Below, piece after piece: positions 7,737 to 17,386 of a DNA stretch of 30,289 nt. How positions within the stretch are numbered: position 1 is the first letter of the stretch; each line of letters opens with the position of its first letter. The position numbers were made by a program, and so were the translations under genes. This DNA is from a virus (taxonomy: Duplodnaviria; Caudoviricetes). The stretch spans positions 1 through 30,289 of IMG/VR virus record IMGVR_UViG_3300027844_000115; one strand, 5' to 3'. Under the pieces are notes generated by a model. It saw only the letters and a program-made list of their open reading frames with translations. It was not told the DNA's origin and made no database searches.

Positions 7737-9286
7737 TGGATATACAGAAAGACACAACGGCGAAACAGCGCTATGAAAAACTTGCTGCTGATAGATTTCA
7801 TTTTCTTGATAGAGCTCGTGATTGTGCTGAACTAACAATACCTTCGCTTATTCCTGATGAAAGTTTTAGTGAGAGCTCAAAACTTTATACTCCATTCCAA
7901 TCAGTAGGTGCAAGAGGTGTTAACAATCTATCATCTAAATTGTTGTTATTGTTACTTCCTCCTAATTCACCATTCTTTAGATTCAGTATAAGCGGTAAAG
8001 CCAAAGAAGAACTAGACCAGCAAAAAGAAGTTAAAGCATCTGTTGAAGAAGCTTTGGGAAAAATGGAACGGGAAATAGCACATAAGATTGAACGTCTTGC
8101 TTTGCGTGTGTCTACATTTGAGGCATTGAAACATCTGATTGTTGCTGGAAACGTCTTAACGTATTTGCCTAAAGAAGGTAACATGAGAGTGTATCCTTTG
8201 ACGCAGTATGTGTGTACCCGTGATTCTAGTGGGACATTATTAGAAATTGTTATTAAAGAAAACATCAGTCCATTATCTTTAGATGATGAGACTAGAGCTG
8301 AGTTAGAAGGGCAATACAAAGACGACGAGAGCTTAGATATATTTACACACATTTATAAAATACCTGATAAGAAATACTACGTGTGTCAAGAAATTAAAGG
8401 TATAAAACTACAAACCTCAATTGGGACATTCACTGAAAACAATTTTCCATACATGGCTTTAAGAATGATTCGAGTAGACAATGAAGATTACGGACGTAGT
8501 TATGTTGAAGAATTCTTAGGTGATTTAAAATCCTTAGAAGGCCTATCCCAATCTCTCGTTGAGAGTGCGGCTGCATCTAGTAAAGTTGTCTTTATGGTTA
8601 AACCTAATTCGGTAACGAGAAAGAGCGATTTAGCTCAGACACGTAATGGCGACATTATTACTGGAACACGTGAGGATGTCACTTGTTTACAAACAGAGAA
8701 ACAATATGATTTACAAATTGTAGAACGAAGCATATCTAAATTAGAAGAGAGATTGTCTTTTGCCTTCTTATTGCACACAGCAATACAACGAGAAGCAGAG
8801 AGAGTAACTGCACAAGAAATTAGATACATGGCCCAACAACTAGAAACTTCTATGGGTGGTGTGTATTCTTTATTGTCACAAGAATTTCAATTACCTTTAG
8901 TCAACGTGTTGATGAAACGCATGCAACAAACTAAAGAAATACCAACACTGCCAAAAGGCTCAGTGGAACCAGTCATTATTACTGGAATAGAAGCGCTAGG
9001 CAGAGGCAACGACTTACAAAAACTAAGAGAATTTGTGATGGAGATAATGAACGTTGCGCAAATCAATCCGCAAATTGCGCAAGCACTCAATACACAAGAC
9101 CTTGTAACTCGTATTGCCACCGGACTAGGAATAGATGTCGAAGGTTTAATTAAAACCCAAGACCAGCTACAGGCAGAGCAAGAAGCCGCCATGGAACAAC
9201 AACAAGAAGCCATGATGACTGAGAAAACGATGGATGTAGTAGGCCCGGCAGCTGCTGAAGCAGTGAAAAACGAAGTAGCAGAGTAA
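7736..9286 (+). CDS. gp8: Head-tail connector (portal)
   Basis: PFQSVGARGVNNLSSKL, YGRSYVEEFLGDL, ERVTAQEIR, GIEALGRG motifs. Confidence 0.97.
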   Translation: MDIQKDTTAKQRYEKLAADRFHFLDRARDCAELTIPSLIPDESFSESSKLYTPFQSVGARGVNNLSSKLLLLLLPPNSPFFRFSISGKAKEELDQQKEVKASVEEALGKMEREIAHKIERLALRVSTFEALKHLIVAGNVLTYLPKEGNMRVYPLTQYVCTRDSSGTLLEIVIKENISPLSLDDETRAELEGQYKDDESLDIFTHIYKIPDKKYYVCQEIKGIKLQTSIGTFTENNFPYMALRMIRVDNEDYGRSYVEEFLGDLKSLEGLSQSLVESAAASSKVVFMVKPNSVTRKSDLAQTRNGDIITGTREDVTCLQTEKQYDLQIVERSISKLEERLSFAFLLHTAIQREAERVTAQEIRYMAQQLETSMGGVYSLLSQEFQLPLVNVLMKRMQQTKEIPTLPKGSVEPVIITGIEALGRGNDLQKLREFVMEIMNVAQINPQIAQALNTQDLVTRIATGLGIDVEGLIKTQDQLQAEQEAAMEQQQEAMMTEKTMDVVGPAAAEAVKNEVAE

Positions 9287-9305
9287 CGACTGCAAGGAGT
9301 GTCAA

Positions 9306-10037
9306 GTGGATACAGTAGAAATTACATCAGGGGAAACAACCTCTGTAAAACCAGGAGAAGAAGCGCCTGTAATAGAAGCAACACCGTCTGAAAAGCCGGC
9401 TGGTTTGCCTGAAAAATTTGAATCGGTTGATGAGTTAGTAAAATCTTATCAAGAATTAGAAAAGAGATTAGGTGCAACCACACCAGAAGAAACCTCTGCA
9501 GCTGAGAAAGAAGGCCTTGAAATTGCTGCGAAAGCTGTAGACAGTGCTGGACTTGATATGGACGCACTTGTACAGGAGTATCAAACTGACGGACAACTGT
9601 CAGATACTACATACGAAAAATTTGAAAAAGTTGGTATCACAAAAGAATACGTTGATACTTATATTGCAGGACAAGAAGCATTACAACAACGCCAATCAAG
9701 TGAAATTAAAAACGTAGTTGGTGGTGATGAAGCTTATTCTAAATTAGTTAATTGGGCTTCTGGCACTTTATCTGCTGCAGAACAGACGGCCTATAACAAC
9801 GCCGTCAACTCAGGAGACACCGAAACTGTAAAACTGGCAGTGGCTGGTTTACAGGCACGTTATGTAAGCACCAATGGTAGCGAACCAAATCTACTTAGTG
9901 GCAAAGCTTCAACGCCAGCACCCCCTGGGTATGCTAGTTGGGCGCAAGTAACTGCGGCCATGTCTGACCCGCGCTATGAAAAGGACGCCGCGTACAGAAC
10001 TGAAGTACAAAATAAATTAAAAGGAAGTAATTTATAA
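9306..10037 (+). CDS. gp9: Capsid assembly scaffolding protein
   Basis: GTG start with AAGGAG SD, acidic, LPEKF...SYQELEK, VGGDEAY...WA, AMSDPRY. Position between portal and capsid. Confidence 0.93.
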   Translation: MDTVEITSGETTSVKPGEEAPVIEATPSEKPAGLPEKFESVDELVKSYQELEKRLGATTPEETSAAEKEGLEIAAKAVDSAGLDMDALVQEYQTDGQLSDTTYEKFEKVGITKEYVDTYIAGQEALQQRQSSEIKNVVGGDEAYSKLVNWASGTLSAAEQTAYNNAVNSGDTETVKLAVAGLQARYVSTNGSEPNLLSGKASTPAPPGYASWAQVTAAMSDPRYEKDAAYRTEVQNKLKGSNL

Positions 10038-10246
10038 TGTATATGACTTTATTGAAACTACGCTATAAAACAGAACTTGCTGAAGCTGAAGTTCAAATAG
10101 ACTTTGCCTTACAAAATCCAGGCACAAGTGCATTCGCAGCTGTCAAGAATAACTTTGATTCTTTAGTACACTGCCGACAGGCTTTAGACATGCTAGATGC
10201 TATCGAAGCAAAAGCAAAAGACGACTCTCCTAAAAAAGATAAATAG
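10037..10246 (+). CDS. Hypothetical protein (69 aa) between scaffold and capsid
   Basis: TAATG overlap with the scaffold stop, AAGGA upstream, predicted helical. Confidence 0.65.
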   Translation: MYMTLLKLRYKTELAEAEVQIDFALQNPGTSAFAAVKNNFDSLVHCRQALDMLDAIEAKAKDDSPKKDK

Positions 10247-10382
10247 CTGTGCTAACTTATTAGTTGGCAGCTAGCTAAAACATTTTATCGGAAATAGCCT
10301 GACCTGGTGCGCCAGACAATCTTGTGAAATAACGAAGTAAATGTGACAGCTTACATCAAAATTTTTATTAAAGGAGATTACA

Positions 10383-11363
10383 ATGGCAAACGCAACACCA
10401 GCAAGTATTGGTAGAGTCAATGCCGGCGGTTCCGAAGACGCCCTATTTCTAAAAGTTTTTGCAGGCGAAGTCCTGACATCTTTTGAAAGAGCGTCCGTCA
10501 CAACAGGTGCCGATATGGTTAGAGCTATCTCTAGCGGTAAGTCAGCGTCCTTCCCAGTAATGGGCAGAACAACTGCAGCATATCACACACCAGGTGCGGA
10601 AATCGTTGGTACTGACGTAAACCATAATGAGAAAGTTATTTTAATTAATGACCTTCTTGTATCTAGTGCGTTCCTTTCTAATTTGGAAGAGGCAAAAAAT
10701 CATTGGGATGTAAGAAGTGCATACTCTACAGAAATAGGTAGAGCTTTGGCTTTCGTCAAAGACAAACACATTTTACAAGTCATCGGTTTAGCTTCCCAAG
10801 CTAGTGCTAACGTGTCCGATTCAGGATATGGAGCAGGGACAACAGTAACAAACACTGACATTGCAAACGCAACTGACGCTACTTCAGCAAGCGGATTCAT
10901 TGCAGCATTATTTGATGCGGCAACTGCTTTAGATAACAACTATGTTCCTAAAGAAGGTAGAATCTGTTTCCTAGACCCTACAATGTATTACAAGCTTTCA
11001 AACGCTACTAATGCAATTAACGTAGATTTTAGTGGTGAAGGTTCGATTGCTACTGGTCAAGTACAGAAAATTGCAGGTATCGAATTAAGACCTATGGCTC
11101 ATTTTGTAAAAGATGACGTAGGTACTTCTGATGCTGACGCAGGTTCTGCGACTCAAGGTGGTTCAACACCTCAGTCTGTAAACTTGACTAACTATGAGGG
11201 CTTAGTATGCCACCCTAGTGCTGTCGGTACAGTTAAACTACTAGACTTAGCCGTTGAAAGCGAATATGATATTCGTAGACAAGGAACCTTAATGGTTGCT
11301 AAATATGCTATGGGACATGGCGTATTAAGACCTGAGGCTGCTGTCGGTATCAAAGAAGCTTAA
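10383..11363 (+). CDS. gp10: Major capsid protein
   Basis: ALFLKVFAGEVLTSF, SGKSASFPVMGR, DVRSAYSTEIGRALA, KYAMGHGVLRPEAA. Strong AAGGAG SD. Confidence 0.97.
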   Translation: MANATPASIGRVNAGGSEDALFLKVFAGEVLTSFERASVTTGADMVRAISSGKSASFPVMGRTTAAYHTPGAEIVGTDVNHNEKVILINDLLVSSAFLSNLEEAKNHWDVRSAYSTEIGRALAFVKDKHILQVIGLASQASANVSDSGYGAGTTVTNTDIANATDATSASGFIAALFDAATALDNNYVPKEGRICFLDPTMYYKLSNATNAINVDFSGEGSIATGQVQKIAGIELRPMAHFVKDDVGTSDADAGSATQGGSTPQSVNLTNYEGLVCHPSAVGTVKLLDLAVESEYDIRRQGTLMVAKYAMGHGVLRPEAAVGIKEA

Positions 11364-11379
11364 CAACAGTTAATAACTT

Positions 11380-11413
11380 AGGGTAGATGGTTGATTCCGT
11401 CTACCCTTTTTTT
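11380..11413 (+). terminator. Rho-independent terminator after the capsid gene (T-phi equivalent)
   Basis: AGGGTAGATGG-ttgatt-CCGTCTACCCT stem followed by a T run. Confidence 0.9.
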
Positions 11414-11426
11414 CAAAGGAGCAAAC

Positions 11427-12032
11427 ATGTCAACACAGATTACACTTACTACGGAGTTGCAGGCAGTGAACATTATGTTGTCAACTATTGGAGAAGCACC
11501 TGTGAACACAATAGAAGGAACGACTAATGTTGATGTGTCTGTAGCAAAAGCAATTCTTGACGAAACGTCTTTAGCCTTACAAAGTGAAGGGTGGAATTTT
11601 AATACCCAACCTAAATACACTGTAACTATAGATGATGAAAGTAAAGTGCCCTTACCAAGTAACACATTACAAGCAGATGCTGGAGTCGACTATAGATATA
11701 GAAATCTTATTATTCGCAATGGGTACCTCTTTGATGTAGATGATAACACTGATACGTTTACAGGAGATTTACCGCAATTAGATTTAGTGCTTGCACAGCA
11801 ATTTGAACACATACCTGAGTATGCAAGACGCTACATTACAATGAAAGCAGCACGTCGTTTTGCTTCAAGATTTATTGGAGATGAGACACTTACTAGACTT
11901 ATACAGCAAGATGAACAAGAAGCACTCATAGCATTTAAACAAGCTGACTCACGAAGTGAAGATAACAATATATTAACAAGTGATGCTAATACATATTCAA
12001 TTATTAACAGGCCACCCAGAAGGAGATATTAA
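11427..12032 (+). CDS. gp11: Tail tubular protein A (adaptor/gatekeeper)
   Basis: TELQAVNIMLSTIGEAPV, QSEGWNFN, PEYARRYIT. Start moved to ATG 11427 (AAAGGAG SD) because the track's TTG 11391 lies in the terminator loop. Confidence 0.93.
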   Translation: MSTQITLTTELQAVNIMLSTIGEAPVNTIEGTTNVDVSVAKAILDETSLALQSEGWNFNTQPKYTVTIDDESKVPLPSNTLQADAGVDYRYRNLIIRNGYLFDVDDNTDTFTGDLPQLDLVLAQQFEHIPEYARRYITMKAARRFASRFIGDETLTRLIQQDEQEALIAFKQADSRSEDNNILTSDANTYSIINRPPRRRY

Positions 12033-14545
12033 TGGCTGTAGTTTCTCAGACGATACCAAATTTTAATAACGGTGTCAGTCAACAGACTCCTACTCAACGT
12101 TTAAGCAGCCAAGCAACTGAACAAATTAATCTTGAAAATAATTTACTTAATGGTCTTTCTAAACGGCCACCTCTGGAATACATCGCTGATGTGGATGGAA
12201 GCAATGTGTACCCAAACACTGTAAAGACGTGGCCTATTACAAGAGATGAGAATAATCAATACTTAACAACGTGGTACAATGGTGGAGTAAAAGTTTTTGG
12301 TTTAGATGGTACTTCTAAAACAGTAAACACTCCTGATGGTGTTTCGTATTTAGCCAGCACAAATCCCAAAGAACATTTTAAAATGGTGAACATCGCTGAT
12401 TACACTTTCATGGTAAACACGTCTATAACACCAACAGCAGACAGCACAACATCAACTGCTAAAGTACAAGAATTTTTAATATATGTAAAACAAGCAGGAT
12501 ATGGCAGGGAGTACACAGTACGTCTTACGCATCCTGATATGACTACCGCCTTAGGATACACTTGGATAGAAATGAGATTGCAAATGCCAGACGGCTCTGA
12601 CGCTAACCATGACACAGCTTTTAGTGATACATCTAAAATTGCTAACGTTTTATTGTATGGCAGTTCAAGCCAATATTGGAACGCGTCCTCAAGTATATCT
12701 GTAGCAGTAGTACAACTTACTGGCGCAACTGAAGCCACTTTGAGCACTACTACAGGATTAGCGAATGATTCAAGGATAACTCCGTATTTTGATTTTGAAC
12801 AATACGGTTCGACTATTTATGGTAAGCCTGACGATGGCGACGCAGCTTACACAGTAGGCACACGTGACGGTGCAGGTTCATCAGCTATGTATTCCATAAA
12901 AGATTCAGTCAATGATTTCGGACGGTTACCATTCTATGCAAAAGCAAATGTTATTATTAAAGTTACTGATGACGAAGGTGATAATATCAGTGATTACTAT
13001 GTCAAATTTGAAGGTGAAGGTATCTGGAATGAAACTATTGGTCCGGGTGTTTCTGCTGGGATAACTGATACCACGTTTGTACACGCATTATTAAACAACA
13101 ATGACGGCACATTTACTTTTCAGAAGTTAACATGGTCAGATAGACTTGTTGGGGATTTAATTACCAACCCTAACCCATCATTTGTTGGTAAATCAATTGC
13201 TAATTTAACTTTTTACAAAAATAGATTAGGCATCTTATCAGGTGATAATCTCATTCTTTCAGGCAATGCAGACTTTTTCAATTTCTTTAGCACAACAGTG
13301 ACTGCAGTTTTAGATACAGATGTCATTGACATAGCAGCATCAGGAACAGAAGTTAACTTTTTAAAGAGTACAGTGTCTTTTAATGAAGGACTTTTATTAT
13401 TTTCGGACACAGCACAGTATAAATTAGAAGGGGCCAATGGTGTGATTTCACCAACAACAGCAATATTAAATGAAGTTTCACGTTTCCAACACGATGACGT
13501 GGTGACACCTATCAGCGCAGGACGTTTTGCATATTTTGCACAAACACGAGGCAGCCACACTGGTATTAGAGAGTATTTTTCTAACGATGACACCTTGACT
13601 AATGATGGTGTAGATTTAACAGTACATGTGACTGAGTACGTCCCTTCTGGAGTGTACCAAATAGTGCCAAACACAACTGAAGACACGCTGTGTATTCTTG
13701 CTGCAGACGCTGCAGACAGCCAAACAGCTCCTTATTCAGCAGGTGGCACAGACATTACTTCTGCTAATGGAAGCAAACTTTATATATATAAATATTTTAG
13801 ACAAGATGCTGTGAAAAAAGTACAGGCAGCTTGGGGCACTTGGACATTTACTAATACTAAAATACTTGGTGGCATGACTATAGAAAACTTTTTATACTTA
13901 TTAGTATCTGAAGGGCAAACAACTAAATTGTGTAGAATAGATTTAAACAATCCCGTTGATGCTACTATTGGTTTTAATCCACACATAGATTTAAGAAAAG
14001 CAGTGACTGGCACGTATGCAGCTGGAACAGGCCTTACAACTTTTACTTCTCCGTATGGCGCAAAGGCAGGGCTTATTGCAGTCAACGCGAGTACAGGGGC
14101 TGACTACACAGCTACCAACACATCCGGCTCTACGTATACAATTTTGGGAAATCACACAAGTTTATTAATAGGTATTCCGTACACTAGCACTTATACAATG
14201 TCACCACAATATGTTCGCGAGACTACAACAAATGGGACTATTAGTATAACTACTGGAAGATACCAGATAAGAAATATTTCATTTGATTATGAAGAGTCAT
14301 CTTTCTTTCAGATAGAAGTGACACCAGAAAATAGGGATAAAAATACTGCTTATCTAAACGGGTATATTGTTGGGTTCACTGGAAAGATTGATATTCCACA
14401 AACATCCACAGGGACAATTAGAGTTCCTATTCAGTGTAAAAACACTGATTACACTCTTGAAATTGTTAGTAGTTCGCATTTACCAATGCACATAACAGGT
14501 GCAGAATTAGAAGGATTCTATCATAGACGTTCCACAAGGGTATAA
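12032..14545 (+). CDS. gp12: Tail tubular protein B (nozzle)
   Basis: SQTIPN..NGVSQQ, GLSKRPP, NPNPSFVG..I....FYKNRLG motifs. 837 aa, correct synteny. Confidence 0.95.
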   Translation: MAVVSQTIPNFNNGVSQQTPTQRLSSQATEQINLENNLLNGLSKRPPLEYIADVDGSNVYPNTVKTWPITRDENNQYLTTWYNGGVKVFGLDGTSKTVNTPDGVSYLASTNPKEHFKMVNIADYTFMVNTSITPTADSTTSTAKVQEFLIYVKQAGYGREYTVRLTHPDMTTALGYTWIEMRLQMPDGSDANHDTAFSDTSKIANVLLYGSSSQYWNASSSISVAVVQLTGATEATLSTTTGLANDSRITPYFDFEQYGSTIYGKPDDGDAAYTVGTRDGAGSSAMYSIKDSVNDFGRLPFYAKANVIIKVTDDEGDNISDYYVKFEGEGIWNETIGPGVSAGITDTTFVHALLNNNDGTFTFQKLTWSDRLVGDLITNPNPSFVGKSIANLTFYKNRLGILSGDNLILSGNADFFNFFSTTVTAVLDTDVIDIAASGTEVNFLKSTVSFNEGLLLFSDTAQYKLEGANGVISPTTAILNEVSRFQHDDVVTPISAGRFAYFAQTRGSHTGIREYFSNDDTLTNDGVDLTVHVTEYVPSGVYQIVPNTTEDTLCILAADAADSQTAPYSAGGTDITSANGSKLYIYKYFRQDAVKKVQAAWGTWTFTNTKILGGMTIENFLYLLVSEGQTTKLCRIDLNNPVDATIGFNPHIDLRKAVTGTYAAGTGLTTFTSPYGAKAGLIAVNASTGADYTATNTSGSTYTILGNHTSLLIGIPYTSTYTMSPQYVRETTTNGTISITTGRYQIRNISFDYEESSFFQIEVTPENRDKNTAYLNGYIVGFTGKIDIPQTSTGTIRVPIQCKNTDYTLEIVSSSHLPMHITGAELEGFYHRRSTRV

Positions 14546-14585
14546 ATATAAAATAGTAAAAGCTAAACCGAAACACGTTTGGCAA

Positions 14586-15011
14586 TTGGCTCCTCACATG
14601 AGTCCCCTAGAGGTACGTGAAATATCCTCTTGTGATGGGAGCACGCCACACGAAGCTTTGGCATGGCCTTTAACACAGAAAAATGCTATTACGTTTGCAT
14701 GTTTAAATGAAGACAATCAATGTATAACCATGTTTGGAACACGCCCAACTGAGGTTCCTAGAAGTGGTGTTATATGGTTTTTAAGCAGTGAAGAATTAAA
14801 ACAAAGACCTTTAACTGTGATGAAAATGTGTTATAAAACAATGCCACAGATGATAGAAGGTTATGATTTTTTACATAATTTTGTAGATAGCCGACACACA
14901 CAGGCGCGTAAGTGGCTGAAATTATTAGGATTTAAAGAACAGATTACAGTAACAAATTTAACGTCAGAGAAAGTACCCTTTGTACTAATGACTTATGAGG
15001 TGAATAAATAA
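14586..15011 (+). CDS. gp13: Internal virion protein A / gp13-like (GNAT-like fold); start uncertain, frame open from 14511
   Basis: GVIWFLSS, LHNFVDSRH...KWLKLLGF motifs. Follows gp12. Confidence 0.75.
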   Translation: MAPHMSPLEVREISSCDGSTPHEALAWPLTQKNAITFACLNEDNQCITMFGTRPTEVPRSGVIWFLSSEELKQRPLTVMKMCYKTMPQMIEGYDFLHNFVDSRHTQARKWLKLLGFKEQITVTNLTSEKVPFVLMTYEVNK

Positions 15012-15541
15012 TGGGAGCAGCAATGTTACCACTAATAATTAAAGCAGCGCCGTACGTATCTTTCGCTTTTAGTGCACTGGGAAAAATGCAGGAGTATAAA
15101 AGAGCTAAACAATCCTCTAGGGACAGAGAGCGTTACAACGATGCTCTGAGAACTAATGCTGACATGGCTTTAGCTTATGATACTGATAAAATACGAGCAG
15201 AGCAAAGCGATATAGAAACGGAAGAAGCACGTGCTAAACGTGTGGTAGAACGTGAAGCGCTGATTGCACAACATAAATCTCTTAATTTAGGCTACGGCAA
15301 TGCAGATAAAATAAGCCAACAAATTTATTCAGAGGTAGGATTGAACATAGAAGAAATTAATATAAAATCTGAAAAAGATACGAGACGTACATACGACCAA
15401 AGATTGGAAGCTATAGCACGAAGAGACAGAGTTTATAACACTACTAAGGGTTTAGCTAAACCATCTTTGTTCAGTTTAGGATTAGGGATAGGGGAGGCAG
15501 GAATACAAAGTGTTATGCTTAACAAAACTTTAAATTCCTAA
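15011..15541 (+). CDS. Internal virion (ejection) protein B, gp14-like
   Basis: Hydrophobic N- and C-terminal segments around a coiled coil, KPS motif near the C-terminus, matching size and synteny. Confidence 0.7.
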   Translation: MGAAMLPLIIKAAPYVSFAFSALGKMQEYKRAKQSSRDRERYNDALRTNADMALAYDTDKIRAEQSDIETEEARAKRVVEREALIAQHKSLNLGYGNADKISQQIYSEVGLNIEEINIKSEKDTRRTYDQRLEAIARRDRVYNTTKGLAKPSLFSLGLGIGEAGIQSVMLNKTLNS

Positions 15542-15550
15542 GGAGACATA

Positions 15551-17386
15551 ATGGCTAATACGAACTATACATCACAAATACAGAACCTTTATTATGGTGC
15601 AACAGATGTAGGTGCTCAACGTCCTGGTGATGAGAGCTCTTTAGATTTAGTTAAGTCCTTACAAAGTTTTACATCGACAGCAATGAAAGGTGTTATTCAG
15701 GTTGCTGATGAAGGTAAGAAAGCAGCAGCCGCAGAACTAAGAACTTTGCTTTTGAGCAAAAGCCCTGACCAAATAAATGCAGAAATGAAAGAAGGGGCAC
15801 ACCCAAACCTACAAGGGGAATATACTAAATCAGTTATCGACAATAACTATGGAATGTATGATGCAGGCCAATTTGTTGCTGAACTTCAAAAGAGAGTCGC
15901 ATCTGGTGAATTTGATTATGAGAACGAAGATTGGGAAGAATGGGTGACAGGCCAGATGCCTGAAGAATTTACTGGTAAAACGATAGGGTATCAAACAGGT
16001 TTTAATGGTATTGCAACGCCGTATTTTCAGCAGATGGATATTAAATATAGTGAATTACGAGGCGTGCATGATAAGAAAATAAAATTCAGCAACCTCGCAA
16101 CAACTATTGATGTTACAGATTCAGAAAATGTACATTCTGTTATCGCTACTTTTCAAAAAGATTTCTTTCTAAACGATGGTACAAAAGCGTCAGCTTGGAA
16201 TAACACGTTGGTGGCTGAATTTAGTAAACACTATGTAACAACAAGACTTCAACAAGCAACTACGCAAGAAGAAATTACAAGGTTAGAACAGTTTTTAACT
16301 TTGCCAAGAGTAAGCAAAGATGGTAAAGTGCTACCGTCACTGGCTTCAACTAGACACCCGTGGATATCTGAAGCTGTTGGCAAACTTACTACTAAACGAG
16401 CTACTATTGCTGCCACCAGACTTAAACTTATAGACAGCACTATGAAAAGTAAAGTTTTAGAACACCAACTAAACTGGCTAACGTATACTCCTAAACAGAA
16501 AGAAGAAGCTACAGCTGAATTAGATATAATAATTGGTTCTAAAAAAACTATTGAATTTTTGGATTCTTATGATGCTGGCCCTGCTAGTAGTAGTGATGTA
16601 AAAACAGTAACAAACTTTATTTTGAATAACGGCTTCGCTAGCCGAGAAGGCCTTGAAGATTTTATTATAAAGTCCTTCCCACAATTAAATGCTTCGCAGC
16701 GTGAAAACTTGCTAAAAAGATTTGATGATTTAAAAGGCGCAGGAACGCTATTAGAAGACCCAAGTGTAAAAGAATTTGTAACTTCAATGTCAAGCGTTAT
16801 TAAAGAATCGCATGCTAAGGGACTATATGGAATGAATTTTGCAGAAGGAGCTTCTGCCACCGATGGTTTTAAAGACGATGTTACACGAATAATTTCTGAC
16901 TTATATGAAACAACCCGCGTAGAAAAAGGACGTGGCCCTACAAACAGAGAAGTGCGTAAAGCATTGCTCGACTTCAAGAAAGAGATATATAGAGATAAAC
17001 TTTATTTGGGCGCAAGGATTGTTAGTAAGAATTTTACAAGCAAGGATTTTAACGAGGTAGTCAAAGAGAATACGACAACGCAAGCCGATGACAACGCAGG
17101 CAAGGGCAATATACTCACATACGATGCTGAGGCGCTAAAGGAAAATTTTGACAAGATTAAAAAAGATGACCCAGGAACTAAAGATATAAACGAATTAGCA
17201 GGTTCATTTAAAGCTTTTGTAGAAGATAATTTTAATATAGATTTTAACGATTTAGCTGGGGCAGAAATTCTTGTTGACCAGCTTATTGATGATAATGTCT
17301 TAATGCAGAGCTTCTCAGAAGCAACCGGAGTGCCATTGACTGAACTTCGAGACTTGTTAACTCAATATAAAGAAGGTAATTTATGA
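15551..17386 (+). CDS. Internal virion (ejection) protein C, gp15-like
   Basis: AAGGAG SD, 611 aa helical protein. Assigned by synteny. Confidence 0.65.
   Translation: MANTNYTSQIQNLYYGATDVGAQRPGDESSLDLVKSLQSFTSTAMKGVIQVADEGKKAAAAELRTLLLSKSPDQINAEMKEGAHPNLQGEYTKSVIDNNYGMYDAGQFVAELQKRVASGEFDYENEDWEEWVTGQMPEEFTGKTIGYQTGFNGIATPYFQQMDIKYSELRGVHDKKIKFSNLATTIDVTDSENVHSVIATFQKDFFLNDGTKASAWNNTLVAEFSKHYVTTRLQQATTQEEITRLEQFLTLPRVSKDGKVLPSLASTRHPWISEAVGKLTTKRATIAATRLKLIDSTMKSKVLEHQLNWLTYTPKQKEEATAELDIIIGSKKTIEFLDSYDAGPASSSDVKTVTNFILNNGFASREGLEDFIIKSFPQLNASQRENLLKRFDDLKGAGTLLEDPSVKEFVTSMSSVIKESHAKGLYGMNFAEGASATDGFKDDVTRIISDLYETTRVEKGRGPTNREVRKALLDFKKEIYRDKLYLGARIVSKNFTSKDFNEVVKENTTTQADDNAGKGNILTYDAEALKENFDKIKKDDPGTKDINELAGSFKAFVEDNFNIDFNDLAGAEILVDQLIDDNVLMQSFSEATGVPLTELRDLLTQYKEGNL

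Noticed and set aside
11340-11380. T7-style gp10B capsid frameshift extension
   Set aside because: No slippery sequence seen near the stop, and the terminator follows immediately.
11391-11426. TTG start for gp11 given by the ORF track
   Set aside because: Lies inside the terminator hairpin. ATG 11427 has a proper SD.
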